64,000 bases of DNA from an uncultured delta proteobacterium (lineage in GTDB: Bacteria; Myxococcota; Myxococcia; SLRQ01). This document shows positions 60,550-64,000 of this stretch, one piece after another. Positions within the stretch are counted from its first letter, which is position 1. Every line of letters begins with the position of its first letter. The DNA is taken from contig CAVSGM010000001.1 in assembly GCA_963727485.1 (NCBI GenBank), positions 352,001 through 416,000 on the forward strand, written 5' to 3'. The notes under the pieces were generated by a model, which saw nothing but the letters and a program-made list of their open reading frames with translations, had not been told where the DNA came from and searched no databases. Both the position numbers and the translations under genes were made by a program.

Positions 60550-61211
60550 CCCCGGCCCGGCGGCGCCGCGTCGCCTCGGCCCTCGCCACCGCCGCCCTCG
60601 CCACCGGCCTCGCCGGCTGCCACGACCTCGCGGCCCTGCTCACCGGACCCAAGGTCCAGGTGACCATGGCGCTGCGGGCCCTGGGGAAGCGCCCCCTCGA
60701 GGCCCCGGGCACCCGGCTCACCGCCCGCTTCGTCAGCGACACCGTCGAGGTCGACGGCCCCCACGCCATCGCCTACGCCCGGGGCGAGGTGAGCGGCACC
60801 TACCGGAAGGTGAAGACCGAGTGCGTGTGCATCGAGGCGGTCCACTTCGTGCGCCAGGGCGGCCGCTGGACCCCCGACGGCTTCCCGCTGCGGCGCCTGA
60901 AGGCGGTCTTCGACGCCCTCGACGCCCGTCAGCGCGCCTTCGAGCAGGGGGACGTGGCCGCCTACCTGGCGCTCGCCTCGCCCCGCTACCACGACGGTGA
61001 CACCGACCGCGCCGCCCTCGCCACCCGCCTGAAGGCCCTCTTCGCCAAGGGCCCGGGACCCCACGAGACCATCGTCGCCCGGGACCTCCGGGTGGAGCGG
61101 GATCGGGCCCTGGTCACCGAGACCTGGAAGATCGGCGCGCACCGGGGCCGGGCCCACTACACCCTGCGCCGGGAGGGCGACAACTGGCGCTTCACCACCG
61201 GGCTGCTGTAG
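60546..61211 (+). CDS. Lipoprotein with NTF2/SnoaL-like domain
   Basis: Lipobox [24 protein letters not shown]. Confidence 0.7.
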   Translation: MTPARRRRVASALATAALATGLAGCHDLAALLTGPKVQVTMALRALGKRPLEAPGTRLTARFVSDTVEVDGPHAIAYARGEVSGTYRKVKTECVCIEAVHFVRQGGRWTPDGFPLRRLKAVFDALDARQRAFEQGDVAAYLALASPRYHDGDTDRAALATRLKALFAKGPGPHETIVARDLRVERDRALVTETWKIGAHRGRAHYTLRREGDNWRFTTGLL

Positions 61212-61222
61212 GTTTCCCTCGT

Positions 61223-61981
61223 ATGGACGACGGTCTCAAGCACCTCCTCGCCCTCGGCCGAGGCCACTACCAGCGCAAGGAGTACGCCCGGGCGGAGAAG
61301 TACCTGTCCCAGGTGGTCGAGCGCAGCCAGTCCTTCGCCGACGTCTACAACATGCTCGGGGTCATCTACCACGACCAGGGACAGTTCTCGAAGGCGCGCC
61401 GCGCCTTCGAGGCGGCGCTGCGTCTCAACCCCGGCTACACCGAGGCGGCGCTCAACCTGGCGGTGATCTACAACGACATGGGCCGCTACCAGGAGGCCAA
61501 GGAGGTCTACACCCGGGCCCTCCAGCGCTCGGCCTCCGCCCCCGGCGAGATGGACCCCTTCGTTCGCGGCAAGATCGCCAACATGTACGCCGACATCGGC
61601 GACGCCTTCGTCTCGAGCGCCATGTGGGACGACGCCATCCGCGAGTTCCGCAACGCCCTGGCGCTGTGCCCCGACTTCGTCGACATCCGGATGAAGCTCG
61701 CCGCGGCGCTCCGCGACAAGGGCGACAAGGACGAGGCCGTCGCCGAGCTCCGCCGGGTGGTGGAGACCAAGGACAGCTTCCTCCCCGGCCACATCGCCCT
61801 CGGCGTGGCCCTCTACTCCGCCGGGCAGCTCGACCAGGCGCTGGCCACCTGGGAGGCGGTCCTCGACCGCAGCCCCGGCAACCGCACCGCGGAGATGTAC
61901 CTCAACCTCGTGCGGCGCGGCGCCAGCCCCGACGAGGTCACCTCCGCCGGAAGCGACGGGGGCGAAGGCAGCGGGACGTGA
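61223..61981 (+). CDS. Cytoplasmic TPR protein
   Basis: [30 protein letters not shown] repeats. Confidence 0.88.
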   Translation: MDDGLKHLLALGRGHYQRKEYARAEKYLSQVVERSQSFADVYNMLGVIYHDQGQFSKARRAFEAALRLNPGYTEAALNLAVIYNDMGRYQEAKEVYTRALQRSASAPGEMDPFVRGKIANMYADIGDAFVSSAMWDDAIREFRNALALCPDFVDIRMKLAAALRDKGDKDEAVAELRRVVETKDSFLPGHIALGVALYSAGQLDQALATWEAVLDRSPGNRTAEMYLNLVRRGASPDEVTSAGSDGGEGSGT

Positions 61982-62646
61982 GCCGCGGCTGGTCCCTGGG
62001 GAAGCTCTTCGGCTTCCCCCTCTACCTCGATCCCAGCGCGGTGCTGGTCCTGGCGCTCATCCTCTTCATGGGCGGATGGGGCAACCTGGTCACCAGCGGC
62101 GTCTTCGTCCTCGCCATCGCCGTCTCGGTGGTGATCCACGAGCTCGGCCACGCGGTGGTCATCAAGGCCATGGGCTGGGACGCGGAGATCGTCATCCACG
62201 GCTTCGGGGGGGTGACCCTCTCCCAGAGCCGGCCCCGGCCCTGGCAGCAGGTGGGCATCAGCCTCGCCGGCCCGGTGATGAACGGCCTGCAGATGGGCGT
62301 GGCCTTCGCCCTGCTCCTGGCCCTCGGCGACCCCCTGCGTCTGACCGGCGTCGGGGCCTCCGCCTCGCTCCCCATCCTCTTTCTCGACAACTTCTTCCTG
62401 GTGAACCTGCTCCTCGGCGTCTTCAACATCCTCCCCATCTACCCCCTCGACGGGGGCCAGGCGTTCCAGTCCGTGCTCCGGGTCTTCGTCCCCGCCCGGG
62501 CCCAGCAGGTGACCGCCTACGTGGGGCTGGTGCTCTCGGTCCTGGTCTGCGCCTACGGGGCGGCGACGCGGTGGTGGTTCCTGCTCTTCATCGCGGTCTT
62601 CCTCCTGGCCCAGAACTGGAACATGCTGCGGGCCCAGACCACCTAG
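61978..62646 (+). CDS. Site-2 protease (M50) family zinc metalloprotease
   Basis: [22 protein letters not shown]; multiple TM segments. Confidence 0.9.
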   Translation: MSRGWSLGKLFGFPLYLDPSAVLVLALILFMGGWGNLVTSGVFVLAIAVSVVIHELGHAVVIKAMGWDAEIVIHGFGGVTLSQSRPRPWQQVGISLAGPVMNGLQMGVAFALLLALGDPLRLTGVGASASLPILFLDNFFLVNLLLGVFNILPIYPLDGGQAFQSVLRVFVPARAQQVTAYVGLVLSVLVCAYGAATRWWFLLFIAVFLLAQNWNMLRAQTT

Positions 62647-62756
62647 GGAATCGCGCTGGCAAAGCGCCAAGGTCCCTGATATTGCATGGGATCGACGCGG
62701 GTCTCCCGTGACCCGCCGTCCTTGGAGGGGCACCGGCGGCCGAAGGGTCCCTGAAG

Positions 62757-63660
62757 ATGCACGCGCTCAAGTTCATCAGCGGGAAGTACCAGGGCGGCGA
62801 GTTCCCCCTGCGCGCCAACCGCGAGATCGTCATCGGTCGGTCCAGCGACCTCGACATGGTCCTGGTCGAGGACATGGTCTCCCGCAAGCACGCCAAGATC
62901 GTCACCAGTGAAGAGAACGTGGTGATCCAGGATCTGGGCAGCACCAACGGGACCTTCGTCAACAGCGAGAAATCAAGAAGGCCCGCCTCAAGGAGGGCGA
63001 CCGGATCCTCATCGGCACCAGCATCCTCAAGCTGGTGCACAAGGCCGAGGGGGCGAGCGCCGCCGACGAGGCCGCCGCCAAGGACGCCCTGGCCCAGGCG
63101 GCCAGCCAGAAGCGCTCCGACTCCACCATGAGCGGGCGCATCGAGGACGTCCCGGTCCCCGACCTCCTCCAGCTCTTCCAGACCAGCAAGCGCAGCGGCG
63201 TCCTGGTCATCAAGGGCGACCAGACCGGCAAGATCTACCTGCGCGACGGACGGGTCTACTACGCCATCATCGGCGACGACCACGACCTCGGGCCCCAGAA
63301 GTCGTTCAACCGCATGGTCGCCTGGGAGCAGGGCGTCTTGGAGCTCGCCCCGCCCACCGGCGAGGAGTTCATGATCGAGCTCGACGAGTCCACCGAGGCC
63401 CTGCTGATGGAGGCCCTCCGGCAGCTCGACGAGCTCCGGCAGATCCGGCCGAGCTCCCGCCGCTGGGGTCCCAGCTGGCCCTGGAGACCCCCCTGGCCGC
63501 GCCGCTCCGGGACCTCGAGCCCGAGCAGCTCGACACCCTGCAGCTGGTCATCAACTTCCAGACCCTGCAGGACATCCTCGACGGGGCCGACGGCACCGAC
63601 CTCGAGACCTCGCAGGCCCTCCTCCGGCTCCTGCGCAAGGGCTACATCCGAGAGGCGTAG
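62757..63660 (+). CDS. FHA + DUF4388-like protein (two frameshifts)
   Basis: IGRSSD, VSRKHA, DLGSTNGTFVN; shift ~62970 to MSGRIEDVPVPDLLQL; shift ~63448 to LLRKGYI-TAG. Confidence 0.82.
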
Positions 63661-63688
63661 CCGCCCGCCTGCCGCGCCCCGCCCCTGC

Positions 63689-64000
63689 CTACGGGCACTG
63701 GGTGGCGGAGGCGCAGAGGATCCCGCTGGGCGCGGTGTTGGGCGGGAGGCTCTCGGTGGTGGTGCTGGCGGTGGGGTAGGGCGTGCGCGAATGTGGATCG
63801 CGCTGATGTTCCAGGGCTCGTTGGTCGTGGTCACCGTGGGGTCGATGGTGTTGGTGATCACGAAGTTGACGTCCTTGTTCTGGAGGTAGGTCGCCCGGGC
63901 GTTGATGCCGTTGAGGGCGCCGGTGTCCGGGTCGAAGGTGAGCCGGAGTAGTTCGAGGGGAGGTTGGCGCTGTCCGGGGCCACGGTGGCGTCGTTGGCGT
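63689..64000 (-). CDS. 3' end of a Thr/Asn-rich extracellular protein (partial, frameshifted)
   Basis: Coding-like codon pattern LTFDPDTGALNG...ILCASATQCP-TAG across frame changes. Confidence 0.5.
   Translation of the reverse strand, partial: TPTTPPWPRTAPTSPRTTPAHLRPGHRRPQRHQRPGDLPPEQGRQLRDHQHHRPHGDHDQRALEHQRDPHSRTPYPTASTTTESLPPNTAPSGILCASATQCP

Overview
Very high-GC, gene-dense 64 kb chromosomal segment that reads as a myxobacterium (Myxococcota; CglD-like adhesin, carD-carG pair with an Anaeromyxobacter-type histone-H1-like tail, many Cys-rich lipoproteins). It holds about 52 genes, mostly for envelope, signalling and housekeeping functions, plus one decayed IS481-family element. I saw no rRNA, tRNA or CRISPR array. 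Seven otherwise intact genes carry single-base frameshifts, best explained as assembly indels. Most interesting candidates: (i) a sigma54 promoter with an upstream palindrome driving a TPR-PBP1A-FG-GAP-solute-binding-protein-histidine-kinase operon next to its likely activator; (ii) an SPL-like radical SAM homolog that has lost its Fe-S motif but keeps a clamp-binding tail and sits behind a candidate SOS box; (iii) CarD with an H1-like tail and a CarG lacking its His zinc ligands; (iv) an EctR/CosR-like MarR - beta-lysine acetyltransferase - amidohydrolase operon with no aminomutase; (v) CGC-motif UshA-like paralogs, one fused to a tetraheme cytochrome c; (vi) SppA fused to a probable outer-membrane beta-barrel. 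All assignments come from motif recognition by eye; no searches were run.
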